Source of the DNA: Candidatus Obscuribacterales bacterium
Lineage (GTDB): Bacteria; Cyanobacteriota; Vampirovibrionia; Obscuribacterales; Obscuribacteraceae
Reading direction: 5' to 3'
Assembly (NCBI GenBank): GCA_965228855.1
Contig: CBDDIJ010000005.1
Coordinates: 384,001-448,000, forward strand
Length of the DNA stretch: 64,000 nucleotides
A model generated the notes under the pieces. That model was not told where the DNA came from, searched no databases, and worked only from the letters and a program-made list of their open reading frames with translations. Below are positions 18,200 through 27,278 of this stretch, one piece after another (the stretch's first letter is position 1; each line of letters begins with the position of its first letter). Both the position numbers and the translations under genes were made by a program.

Positions 18200-18556
18200 C
18201 TATTTGTGCTGGAACGGAAGAACGGCACCGCCGCCCATCTCCAGCTCTTCACGTCTCTTCGCGGCAGCAAGCTTACCGGCGGCCACAGCCTGTCTCAATC
18301 GGACAGTTTGCTCTTCCACTACCAACTGGCAGTAGTTGAGTGCAGAGGCGTAGAGATCCAGTGAGTCGTCGACCAACTCACCCATACGCTCCGGAACATC
18401 CTTCGCGGTCTTTTTGATAGCGCCGCGCACTTCGTCCCCTGATTTCGGGGTTGTAAGCAGAGCCAAAGTGGCACCGCCGACTGCGCCGATCAACATACCG
18501 CAGAGCCAGGATGCAACGCCCGCACCGGAGCCTCTTTCTCTGGAATCGTTAGCCAT
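18200..18556 (-). CDS. YtxH-domain protein
   Basis: GMLIGAVGGATLALLTTPKSGDEVR; RLRQAVAAGKLAAAKRREEL. Confidence 0.85.
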   Translation of the reverse strand: MANDSRERGSGAGVASWLCGMLIGAVGGATLALLTTPKSGDEVRGAIKKTAKDVPERMGELVDDSLDLYASALNYCQLVVEEQTVRLRQAVAAGKLAAAKRREELEMGGGAVLPFQHK

Positions 18557-18709
18557 GTAGGTTACTCCGAAAGACCACTTGACTGAGCTTTAACTTGCTT
18601 ACTTTACCAAATATCTACAGATGTGGCCCATCTGAACAATTGATTGTTGCGATATATGGGCGTTTTCAGCAAAGCCGAAAAGCGCTAGAGACCTGACTAT
18701 AGCACGATT

Positions 18710-20014
18710 TTAGAGAACAGCTTCTTCCTCGGGAGTTTCCATTTTGGTGAACTCCTCGACGAGCAAATCACAAAGATGCTCAGCAATAGCCCGTTTCGGC
18801 ATGCGTTGCAAGTTTTCTCGAGAACCGTCGGCGCCAAGAATAATCACAGCATTATCGTCGCTGCCGAAACCTATATCAGGTACGGTGATGTCATTAGCCA
18901 CGATAAAATCGAGATTCTTTCGCTTCAATTTCTTATTAGCGTTACTCAGCAATTCCTCAGACTCAGCGGCAAAACCGATAATGATCTGATCGGGGCGCTT
19001 CACTCGACCGAGCAAATCGATGATGTCGGGATTTTTTGTGAACTCAAGAACCAGATCTTCGGATTCGGTCTTCTTTATCTTGTGATTTGCCACGCGCAGC
19101 GCGCGGAAATCAGCCACTGCAGCCGTCATCACGAGTGCATCGCAACCATCGAACTCTGACTCCACCACTTCCTGCATGTCCAGGGCGGTTTCGACGACAA
19201 TGACAGGATAACTGCGATTTACCTGCACGGTGGAAACCAAAATAACTTCAGCACCTCGCCCGGCTAGCGCGTCCGCCATCGCAATTCCCATTTTTCCGGA
19301 GCTGCGATTGCCAATGAAACGCACGGGATCAATGGGCTCTCTGGTGCCGCCTGCGGTGACCATTACTTGCTTGCCAGCCAGCGTACCGTGCGCCAAGAGC
19401 CGCGCGGCCACTGCCGCAAGAATGGTCTCCAATGAAGCCATCTTGCCCGCGCCAACATCACCACAAGCAACCTCACCGAATTCCGGAGCGATTATGTCGT
19501 AGCGAAAGCGGTTTTCCAGAGTCTCGAGATTACGCTGAGTAGCCGGATGGGCAAGCATCGTCGGATTCATGGCCGGAGCCAGCACCACTTTAGCTTGCGA
19601 TGCCAATACCATTGTAGTGAGCAGATCGTCACAAATTCCATTTGCGAGCTTGGCGATGACGTCGGCAGTCGCGGGCGCGATAAGAATGAGATCAGCTTTT
19701 TTAGCCAGTTCGATGTGCTCGGGGCGCCAATTGTCGGACTGTCCGAACTGTTCGCAATGAGCGGGATTTCGCGTCATCGTGGTCAAGCTCAGCTGGGTGA
19801 CGAATTCGCGCGCATTCGGCGTCATTACGGCATGCACGTCCGCGCCGGCTTGCCGGAGCATCGACGCAAGATCGCATGCTTTGTAAGCGGCAATTCCGCC
19901 GGCAACTCCCAAAAGTATAGTTTTGTTTTCAAGCGGCACAAATTTGTCGAAGATGTCGGTGCCGCTCTTCTTCTCCTTGCCCTTAGAAGACTTCGACTGC
20001 CCCTTGTTTTTCAT
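18710..20014 (-). CDS. coaBC: Bifunctional phosphopantothenoylcysteine decarboxylase/synthetase
   Basis: GGIAAYKA, APATA, APAMN, TAGGTREPIDPVRFIGNRSSGKMG, AAVADF, GFAAE. Confidence 0.97.
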   Translation of the reverse strand: MKNKGQSKSSKGKEKKSGTDIFDKFVPLENKTILLGVAGGIAAYKACDLASMLRQAGADVHAVMTPNAREFVTQLSLTTMTRNPAHCEQFGQSDNWRPEHIELAKKADLILIAPATADVIAKLANGICDDLLTTMVLASQAKVVLAPAMNPTMLAHPATQRNLETLENRFRYDIIAPEFGEVACGDVGAGKMASLETILAAVAARLLAHGTLAGKQVMVTAGGTREPIDPVRFIGNRSSGKMGIAMADALAGRGAEVILVSTVQVNRSYPVIVVETALDMQEVVESEFDGCDALVMTAAVADFRALRVANHKIKKTESEDLVLEFTKNPDIIDLLGRVKRPDQIIIGFAAESEELLSNANKKLKRKNLDFIVANDITVPDIGFGSDDNAVIILGADGSRENLQRMPKRAIAEHLCDLLVEEFTKMETPEEEAVL

Positions 20015-20220
20015 AACCACCTCGAACGCTGCTTTGCCTGTATTATTATGATTCTACTTGCATTAATTGGCTACTCACTTGATTACATCGAATGAGTGAA
20101 TCGGGGCTGTTACCTGCATTCATTACGTTAAATTTCGCACTGTTTTCTAGTAAAACGCAAATTGCGCTGAGAAATCCGAGTCGAGACGCGCATCCGAAGA
20201 AGGATACAAAGGAATTTGAG

Positions 20221-21759
20221 ATGGAAAAGTTTTACGTCACTACCGCGATTGATTACGTCAACGCTACTCCTCATATAGGCCACGCATATGAAAAAGTTGC
20301 GGCCGATATTGTTGCGCGTTACCACCGCATCCGAGGCAAAGACGTTTTCTTCATGACCGGCGTCGACGAACACGGCAGCAAAGTAGAAAAATCAGCCCAG
20401 GATGCAGGTGTCACGCCAAAAGAATTTTGCGACGACATGGCTATGAAATTCAAATCCGCCTGGGACAAACTCAATTTGTCCTACGACCATTTCATCCGCA
20501 CGACCGATGACTACCACGAAAAGGCAGTTCAAACCTTGTTCTTGAAGCTCCTCGAAAAGGGCGACATCTATAAAGGAACCTACATCGGCTTGTACTGCGA
20601 AGGTTGCGAAGACTTTGTCAGAGAAAGAGATTTAGATGAAAACGGCCAATGCCCCAATCACAAGAAACCGCCCAAACAACTCGAAGAAGAAAACTACTTT
20701 TTTCGTCTGACGAGTTACAAAGACAAAATCAGAGAATGGCTCGAAAAGAACCCTGAAGCCGTGCGCCCCGAAGGACGCAAACGTGAGATCCTCAATCAAT
20801 TAGACGATCCTGAATTAGCAGACTTTAGCGTTACCAGATCCAGAAAATCGCTGACCTGGGGAATCCCGGTGCCCGGGAAAGAGGACCAGGTTATATACGT
20901 GTGGATTGACGCGCTATCCAACTACATCACGGGCGTCGGCTATCCGCACGATCCGGAAAAGTTCAAACGATATTGGCCGGCAGACCTTCATTTGATTGGT
21001 AAAGACATCAACAAATTTCACTCGATTTTTTGGCCGGCACTTTTGATGGCTGCAGATATCCCTGTTCCCAAGCAAGTTTTCGCTCACGGCTTCATCACGG
21101 TAAATGGTCAGAAAATCAGTAAGTCGCTCGGTAATGCAATCGATCCGATGGCGCTGGTAGATCAATACGGTGCAGATGCTGTTCGCTTCTATCTCTTCGC
21201 AAGCACCCCATTCGACAATGATGGAGATTTTTCGGTAAAAGATCTTCCGGAAAAGGTGAACGCGGAACTCGCGAAGAAATTGGGAAATCTTTTAAACAGA
21301 GTCATGAAACTTCTGGACGACAACTGCGGGGGTTTAGTCCCAGACCTGAATCCCGAGGAAAACATCGATCATGTTTTGCGCATTCAGGCAAACGAAATTC
21401 ATGTCGTCGTCGACAAATACATGGCGGAACTCGAGTTTGCAAAAGCGCTCCAGGCGATTTTTGCTCTCGTCGATCAAGCCAACAAATACTTCACAGACGA
21501 GGCTCCGTGGACCCTTTTCAAACAAGGCAAGAAAAAGGAAGGCGAAGTCGTACTTTACACCACTCTTGAAGTTCTGCGTCGCGTGGCGATGAACATGTAT
21601 CCATTCACTCCGACACTCGCTAGCGCAATCTGGTCGCAACTGGGTTACACAGAGGACCTCGGCAAGATTGGTGAACGCGCAAACGAGAAGATGTTCGACG
21701 TGATTAAACCAGGTCAGAAAGTAAATAATGCTGGTCCTGTCTTTAAACTTCTCGAATAG
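20221..21759 (+). CDS. metG: Methionine--tRNA ligase, short form without C-terminal domain
   Basis: YVTTAIDYVN, HIGH, GVDEHG, Zn knuckle CEGC...CPNH, YVWIDAL, KISKS. Confidence 0.97.
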   Translation: MEKFYVTTAIDYVNATPHIGHAYEKVAADIVARYHRIRGKDVFFMTGVDEHGSKVEKSAQDAGVTPKEFCDDMAMKFKSAWDKLNLSYDHFIRTTDDYHEKAVQTLFLKLLEKGDIYKGTYIGLYCEGCEDFVRERDLDENGQCPNHKKPPKQLEEENYFFRLTSYKDKIREWLEKNPEAVRPEGRKREILNQLDDPELADFSVTRSRKSLTWGIPVPGKEDQVIYVWIDALSNYITGVGYPHDPEKFKRYWPADLHLIGKDINKFHSIFWPALLMAADIPVPKQVFAHGFITVNGQKISKSLGNAIDPMALVDQYGADAVRFYLFASTPFDNDGDFSVKDLPEKVNAELAKKLGNLLNRVMKLLDDNCGGLVPDLNPEENIDHVLRIQANEIHVVVDKYMAELEFAKALQAIFALVDQANKYFTDEAPWTLFKQGKKKEGEVVLYTTLEVLRRVAMNMYPFTPTLASAIWSQLGYTEDLGKIGERANEKMFDVIKPGQKVNNAGPVFKLLE

Positions 21760-21860
21760 CTAAAGTTCCTGCCACTGCTACGATCGGGAAAACGGCATCG
21801 CTGCCAGGTTGGCGTGCTATTGGAAAAATAGTCACGCTTATACCTAAGGAGGTAGATATC

Positions 21861-22061
21861 GTGCCTTTGAATCCCGATGGGCAAACTGAAAAGTCTGATG
21901 AGGAACGAAGACTTAGCTTAGAAGCAAACCTTGATAGAAGCACAAATGATCTGCAGTTGCTTGCCAATTTCTATCATGAGCATGGTCAGCCACAACGCGC
22001 GCAGGAACTCTACAGGACGCTGCTGAAGATTCGTCAGAATCGGAACAATGATGGAAACTAG
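21861..22061 (+). CDS. Small protein with a single TPR-like motif
   Basis: AAGGAGG RBS before GTG; LANFYHEHGQPQRAQELY. Confidence 0.6.
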   Translation: MPLNPDGQTEKSDEERRLSLEANLDRSTNDLQLLANFYHEHGQPQRAQELYRTLLKIRQNRNNDGN

Positions 22062-22153
22062 CCCGTATTCCAGTCGAGTTGTTTTGATTGAACCTTATCT
22101 GCCGCTTGCCGCCGTATCGACGAGATACGCAGCGGTAACGAATAAATGAAGGT

Positions 22154-22187
22154 CCGCAGTGTTCAAAAACACTGCGGTTTTGTTTTT
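22154..22187 (+). terminator. Intrinsic terminator
   Basis: CCGCAGTGTT-CAAA-AACACTGCGG followed by TTTTGTTTTT. Confidence 0.8.
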
Positions 22188-22268
22188 CCACAAACGTTCG
22201 TGTGCGAGGAACGCACACGGTGACTTAACCGAGGCACTCCTCGCACACTCTCTCCTTGCGAAAGAAAA

Positions 22269-22685
22269 CTATGCGCAGCTCGAAGTTCCGCAGCTGCTCT
22301 TAGCTTCAGCACCTTCAAGCGGAAGATGTGCAGCAGCATACTCATCGAAGCCGCCGAACAGTTCCTTGACTTTGAAACCTTTTTTGGCGAGAAGAAGAGC
22401 CGCTCTAGTTGCCAGATGACAGGTAATTCCGTAGCAATAGACAACAGCGGTTGTATCTCTGGAAATTTGGTCGGTTGATTTTTCGAGTTCTTCATACGAA
22501 ATGTTCAACGCACCTGGAACATGGCTCTTCTCGTAGAGCTCCGGAGTGCGCAAATCGATGATGGTCAACGCTTCTTTGTTTTGAATTGCATACTTCAAGC
22601 CGACAGGACCATACTCGAAATTGAGTTTGTTCTCAAAATATTCAGCAGCTTTGGCGGCTTCTTTAGTCAATGTTTCAGTGGTCAT
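22269..22685 (-). CDS. Rhodanese-like sulfurtransferase
   Basis: IIDLR, HVPGALNI, active-site loop VVYCYGITCHLA, LFGGFDEY. Confidence 0.9.
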   Translation of the reverse strand: MTTETLTKEAAKAAEYFENKLNFEYGPVGLKYAIQNKEALTIIDLRTPELYEKSHVPGALNISYEELEKSTDQISRDTTAVVYCYGITCHLATRAALLLAKKGFKVKELFGGFDEYAAAHLPLEGAEAKSSCGTSSCA

Positions 22686-22831
22686 TTTGGACTCTCCTTC
22701 CAATAATAGGTGGAACAAAGCAACGCAACACCGGAGGACGGTGTTGCAACTTTCATGCCTTCAGCTTAGAATGAGACAGTATCTATTCGCAAGTAGACAC
22801 CGAAAAGTGCGGTAGTATCCTGATAAAACCA

Positions 22832-22851
22832 TAGTATCCCAAATGATACTA
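22832..22851. promoter_or_regulatory. Inverted repeat, HxlR/HypR-type operator
   Basis: TAGTATC-CCAAAT-GATACTA with perfect arms, immediately upstream of the regulator RBS. Confidence 0.7.
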
Positions 22852-22864
22852 AAGGAGGCTTTCC

Positions 22865-23227
22865 ATGGTAGGCAAACTAGAATGTCCCATCATGCAGACC
22901 ATGGCCATGATCTCTGATAAGTGGAAAGTGCTGATCATCTGCAAGCTCAGAGGCGGCACATTGCGCTTCAACGAACTAATGCGGGCCCTTCAGGGTGTCA
23001 CCCAGAAAGTTTTGACCAGTCAACTCCGGGAGCTCGAAGACGATGGCATCGTTTCACGAAAGATTTATGCAGAGGTGCCCCCACGGGTCGAGTATTCTCT
23101 GACGCCGCTTGGCGAGACATTGATACCTGTCCTTATCAAACTCGAGGAATGGGCTCAAGTACACGCAGCAGAACTGATTGAGGCTCGCGAGCGCGCGCTG
23201 ATCAAAAAAACAGGCAAAGCTGGCTAG
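22865..23227 (+). CDS. HxlR/DUF24 winged-helix regulator with N-terminal redox Cys
   Basis: ECPI, DKWK, RFNEL, LTSQLRELEDDG, VPPRVEYSLT. Confidence 0.93.
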   Translation: MVGKLECPIMQTMAMISDKWKVLIICKLRGGTLRFNELMRALQGVTQKVLTSQLRELEDDGIVSRKIYAEVPPRVEYSLTPLGETLIPVLIKLEEWAQVHAAELIEARERALIKKTGKAG

Positions 23228-23355
23228 TCTCCTAAATGTTGCAGCGACGACGTCGTTTTTAAGCCGACCTTTTTCCTTTGGGTAACCGAGCATTAACGAG
23301 GGAAAAACACTAGGATGAAAACATAGTAGGTAGAGTCAACGAAAGCGCGCCGTTT

Positions 23356-25644
23356 ATGCTGGAAAAAGTAAAAGGTCCTAAACTAAAAGCCACGGCTGAA
23401 ACAGTCGAAAGCGCACCTGATGGCTCACATCACGCTGAGACCGAAAGTGTTGCACACGAAAATGTTTCAAGTTCCGATTTACCTGTTCTTGGCCAACAAT
23501 ACGAGGTTCTCCAGCGTATCGGCACAGGTGGAATGGGCTCTGTCTATAAGGTTCGTGACAAATCCATTGATGCAATAGTTGCGATCAAGGTCCTCCAACA
23601 ATCACTGGTTCAAGACGCAGCAGCGCTAAAGCGCTTCCAGCAGGAAGCAGAGTCGGCAAGCCATTTGAATCATCCCAATCTTGTTTCCGTCTTCGGTCAT
23701 GGCACCACAGATGATGGCTCGCCGTATATCGTCATGGACTATCTCGATGGAAAAAGTCTTGCTGATATCTTGACGGAAGCAACAGTTTTAGACTCCACAC
23801 GAGCACTCAAGCTGTTTAGCGACATTGCCGAAGCACTCGCTTACGCCCATACAAACGGCGTAGTCCACAGAGACGTAAAACCGACGAATATTATCGTCAC
23901 CAATGTCGGTGAAGCTTCGGAACGTGCACACATAGTCGATTTCGGCATCGCGAAAATGATGCCGACGGCCAATCGCGAAACTCATGATCTGACCCAAACG
24001 GGAGAGGTCTTTGGCAGCCCCAATTACATGAGTCCGGAGCAGTGCCTGGGCTTTATGCTGGACAACCGCTCGGATATTTATTCTCTAGGATGCTTGATGT
24101 ACGAGGTGCTGACCGGAGCACCGCCGTTCGACGGAGCTAATCCGATCCAAGTGATCGTCAAACATATGAATGAGCAGCCACCGGAATTTCCGAAGAACGT
24201 GAGAACGGACAAAGCGATTGAAAAGCTGGAAAACGTTGTTCTGAGATGCCTGGATAAGGAAAAGACGGAACGCTATCAGAGCGCATCTGATCTTTTGCAG
24301 GATTTCAAAGCAATTAGTCAAGGAAAAACAATCACGAAATATTCGCGGATAGCGGCCGCAAAGCCGATGTTTACTAAGAGACAGACGATCGGTGCCCTGG
24401 TGGTGTTCACAGGTCTCACCATATACGGTACCATCACCGCGATGTTATTCAACAATGAAATCGGCCAACGCGTGATCGGTGGATTGATTTCGGCCGTCTG
24501 CCTTGCCGGCGTGTACGTCTTTTACTCGTCAGCGTGGGAAATCTATAAAAAACGTGTGAAAGGCCTGACTGAGAATTCAGCCTGGCAAATTGCCTTCCTC
24601 ATATTCCTGGGGACTGGCTCGTTGACGGCGATACAGTATCCTGCTTTAATTTTGATCGGTCACTCGTTCTGGCCTTTGGGTGATTTCGGACAGAATCTCT
24701 TTTTTGCGACCAGCTGCATTCATTTGATTTCCCTTGCCGGCTCTGCTCTGTTTGGAATTTGTTGGTTGCTGTTTAGAAAACCAAACCGGCTCAACGTTCC
24801 CGCGATGGTCGGAAAGTTTCTCGTGGTAACCGTTCTGGTGACCGCGTTTTGTCGATTCGGAATTCCGGTTCAAAGCGCAAAAGTTTTATCAATGCTCGCG
24901 AGCGCAAGCAGCCAGTCACAGCCATATCTCGCCAAAATATTGTATGAGCAATCCATCCAACTGGATGACAACGTCGGCGAAAACTATATCCGCTTGAGCG
25001 AAGTCAACCACCGACTTAACTTGCACGATGCCGAAATCGAGAATTATATGAAAGTCCTCGAAACAAGACCATTTGAATCCTGGCGCGTGTCCAGCGTAGC
25101 TCAAACCCTCAATGCGCACAAGCGCTTCGCCGAAGCCAAAATCTGGTACGACCGTACGGTCAATGAGTCGAGGACTCGCGATACCGGCACGCTTCAGCAA
25201 AACTTGTATGAGCGAGGACGTTTCCTAAAAGAACAGGGCGATTTCGCAAAAGCTTACCGAGACATCTCCGAGGCGATCAAGCTGGCAACATATCCGCAGG
25301 AAGATTATGTAAATACGCTGGCGCAGATTTGCTGCGGCATGGGCAAGTATCAGGAGGCAAGCGGACTTCTGGAAAAATATTTGAACATGACTCAGTCTCA
25401 TTCGGTTAATGAACGCATACTTCTCGGAATCATTTACGACAATCTCGGCAACGTTCCCAAGTCGAAGGAGATGTTTGAGTCGGCTGCAAACCTGCAAACG
25501 CTGGATGCGTATAATGTTCCGCTGTATTACGCGTACAAGCAGCTCAACCGAAACACAGGTTCTATGCGGATGCGGGATTCAGACAAATCCCAATTGCTGC
25601 CGAACCTTGGAGTGCCGGCAGGCTCATTGAAGACAAAATGGTAA
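23356..25644 (+). CDS. Ser/Thr protein kinase, multi-TM, TPR
   Basis: IGTGGMGSVY, VAIK, HRDVKPTN, DFG, GSPNYMSPEQ, SDIYSLG; about 5 TM segments; C-terminal TPRs. Confidence 0.92.
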   Translation: MLEKVKGPKLKATAETVESAPDGSHHAETESVAHENVSSSDLPVLGQQYEVLQRIGTGGMGSVYKVRDKSIDAIVAIKVLQQSLVQDAAALKRFQQEAESASHLNHPNLVSVFGHGTTDDGSPYIVMDYLDGKSLADILTEATVLDSTRALKLFSDIAEALAYAHTNGVVHRDVKPTNIIVTNVGEASERAHIVDFGIAKMMPTANRETHDLTQTGEVFGSPNYMSPEQCLGFMLDNRSDIYSLGCLMYEVLTGAPPFDGANPIQVIVKHMNEQPPEFPKNVRTDKAIEKLENVVLRCLDKEKTERYQSASDLLQDFKAISQGKTITKYSRIAAAKPMFTKRQTIGALVVFTGLTIYGTITAMLFNNEIGQRVIGGLISAVCLAGVYVFYSSAWEIYKKRVKGLTENSAWQIAFLIFLGTGSLTAIQYPALILIGHSFWPLGDFGQNLFFATSCIHLISLAGSALFGICWLLFRKPNRLNVPAMVGKFLVVTVLVTAFCRFGIPVQSAKVLSMLASASSQSQPYLAKILYEQSIQLDDNVGENYIRLSEVNHRLNLHDAEIENYMKVLETRPFESWRVSSVAQTLNAHKRFAEAKIWYDRTVNESRTRDTGTLQQNLYERGRFLKEQGDFAKAYRDISEAIKLATYPQEDYVNTLAQICCGMGKYQEASGLLEKYLNMTQSHSVNERILLGIIYDNLGNVPKSKEMFESAANLQTLDAYNVPLYYAYKQLNRNTGSMRMRDSDKSQLLPNLGVPAGSLKTKW

Positions 25645-25748
25645 ATTGGCGTAGAGCGCGTTCTCCGCGGGAATAAACGACAAAGGGCGAGTCTATTTTA
25701 TCGAGAAACCACATCTGACTTCGTTCAGCCCTGCCCGAAAGGCGTAGT

Positions 25749-27272
25749 ATGGAACTTCCAGCGCGGACTCAAGAAGAGAAAAGCAGCAAGAATTTCGTGA
25801 TACCTTATCTGCCCGTTCCCAGACGGGTCGGTCTTTCCGTTGCCGCAATCGCTCTGCTTCTAGCGATTAGCTCTTTAGGCTGCCTGATTGCGTGGAACGT
25901 TCTTGGTTTGCCGTCGGAACTATTTGCGACTTGCGTTGCGGTTTGCGTCGCTTCATTCGGCGCGATATTCAGTTTTCTCGCGCTTGAGAAGAAACTCGCA
26001 AATGAAGTCGCAATAGGAATTGAGGATGACGGCATTCAGTTTCCGTACATCTTCGGTCCGGATCTGTTGTTTAGAACAAAACGCGAGTGGAATGACATTG
26101 CCCATGTGTTAATCGGCTCTCTAAGCGGCAGAGTGCCGGGTGCGTATGAGTTTGAACTCGAAAAGGAAAGTGACACTCGACACAAGATCTTCATTTACTT
26201 CAAATCGGGTGGACACGCTCATATAGACCTTCGACGCATGTCTAAGAAGGGTTACGAACTCTTGTTCGTGGCGTTGGAACCGTTCTGCATCGACTACCAT
26301 CGCGCGCCCCAGATCCGCCAAGACCGCGACGACAACCGATTCATCGAAGGGAAGCAGCAGACTTCATCGGAAGCGCCGCAAAGCTTTACCGAGCTCTGGG
26401 AGCAAGAGATGCAAGATCACTTCTCCGCCACGAATTTCGTCCCGCTCAAAAAAGGAACGTTGCTTAGAGGCGGGAGATTCCGAGTGCTGATGCAGATTGC
26501 AGCGGGAGGCTTGTCCGCGATCTACCTGGCGGAAACACCCGAGAAAGAACTGCGGGTTATCAAGGAAGCGTGCCTCCCGCCAACGCTCGAGAGCAGTTTA
26601 AGAGAAAAAGCGAAAGAGCTATTCACTCGCGAAGCAACTATTTTGCAGCGGCTCTCTCATCCCAAAATCGCCAAAGTGCTGGATTATTTTGTCGAAGACG
26701 CCAGAGATTATCTCGTTCTGGAATTCGTGCCGGGACACACTTTGCGACAACTGGTAAAACAAAATGGCGCGATGGCAGAGGAAGATGTTCTTCGCTATTC
26801 AAAGCAGGTGGCGGAAATCCTCACCTATTTGCACTCACAACAGCCGCCAATCATCCACCGAGATATCACGCCGGACAACCTGGTTTTGCGTGAAGACGGC
26901 GCGATTGTGATCATAGACTTCGGAGCCGCTAATGAGGTTTTGGGAACAGCGACCGGGACGTTGATTGGAAAGCAGGCATACATAGCGCCTGAGCAATTCA
27001 GAGGTCACCCAGACCTGCAAAGCGACATCTATGCCCTGGGAGGCTCGATGCATTTTCTGCTGACAGGAAAAGACCCGGAAGCTCTATCGAAATCGCATCC
27101 CAGGGCAGAGAAACCGTCGCTCTCGCAGGAAACAGACGAACTTGTCGCAAACTGCACAGCTGAAGATACGAGCGAGCGGATTGGCGATGCGCAGATGCTG
27201 GTAGACAAAATAGATGCGATACTAACGAGTATGGGTGGCGTGATTATCACCACAGGCGGTGCTAGAGATTAA
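25749..27272 (+). CDS. Membrane-anchored Ser/Thr kinase with C-terminal kinase domain
   Basis: Two N-terminal TM segments; VIKE, HRDITPDN, DFG, YIAPEQ, SDIYALG. Confidence 0.9.
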   Translation: MELPARTQEEKSSKNFVIPYLPVPRRVGLSVAAIALLLAISSLGCLIAWNVLGLPSELFATCVAVCVASFGAIFSFLALEKKLANEVAIGIEDDGIQFPYIFGPDLLFRTKREWNDIAHVLIGSLSGRVPGAYEFELEKESDTRHKIFIYFKSGGHAHIDLRRMSKKGYELLFVALEPFCIDYHRAPQIRQDRDDNRFIEGKQQTSSEAPQSFTELWEQEMQDHFSATNFVPLKKGTLLRGGRFRVLMQIAAGGLSAIYLAETPEKELRVIKEACLPPTLESSLREKAKELFTREATILQRLSHPKIAKVLDYFVEDARDYLVLEFVPGHTLRQLVKQNGAMAEEDVLRYSKQVAEILTYLHSQQPPIIHRDITPDNLVLREDGAIVIIDFGAANEVLGTATGTLIGKQAYIAPEQFRGHPDLQSDIYALGGSMHFLLTGKDPEALSKSHPRAEKPSLSQETDELVANCTAEDTSERIGDAQMLVDKIDAILTSMGGVIITTGGARD

Positions 27273-27278
27273 AGGCTG

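Noticed and set aside
21110..21130. KISKS instead of KMSKS in MetRS
   Set aside because: Within ordinary variation of class I synthetases
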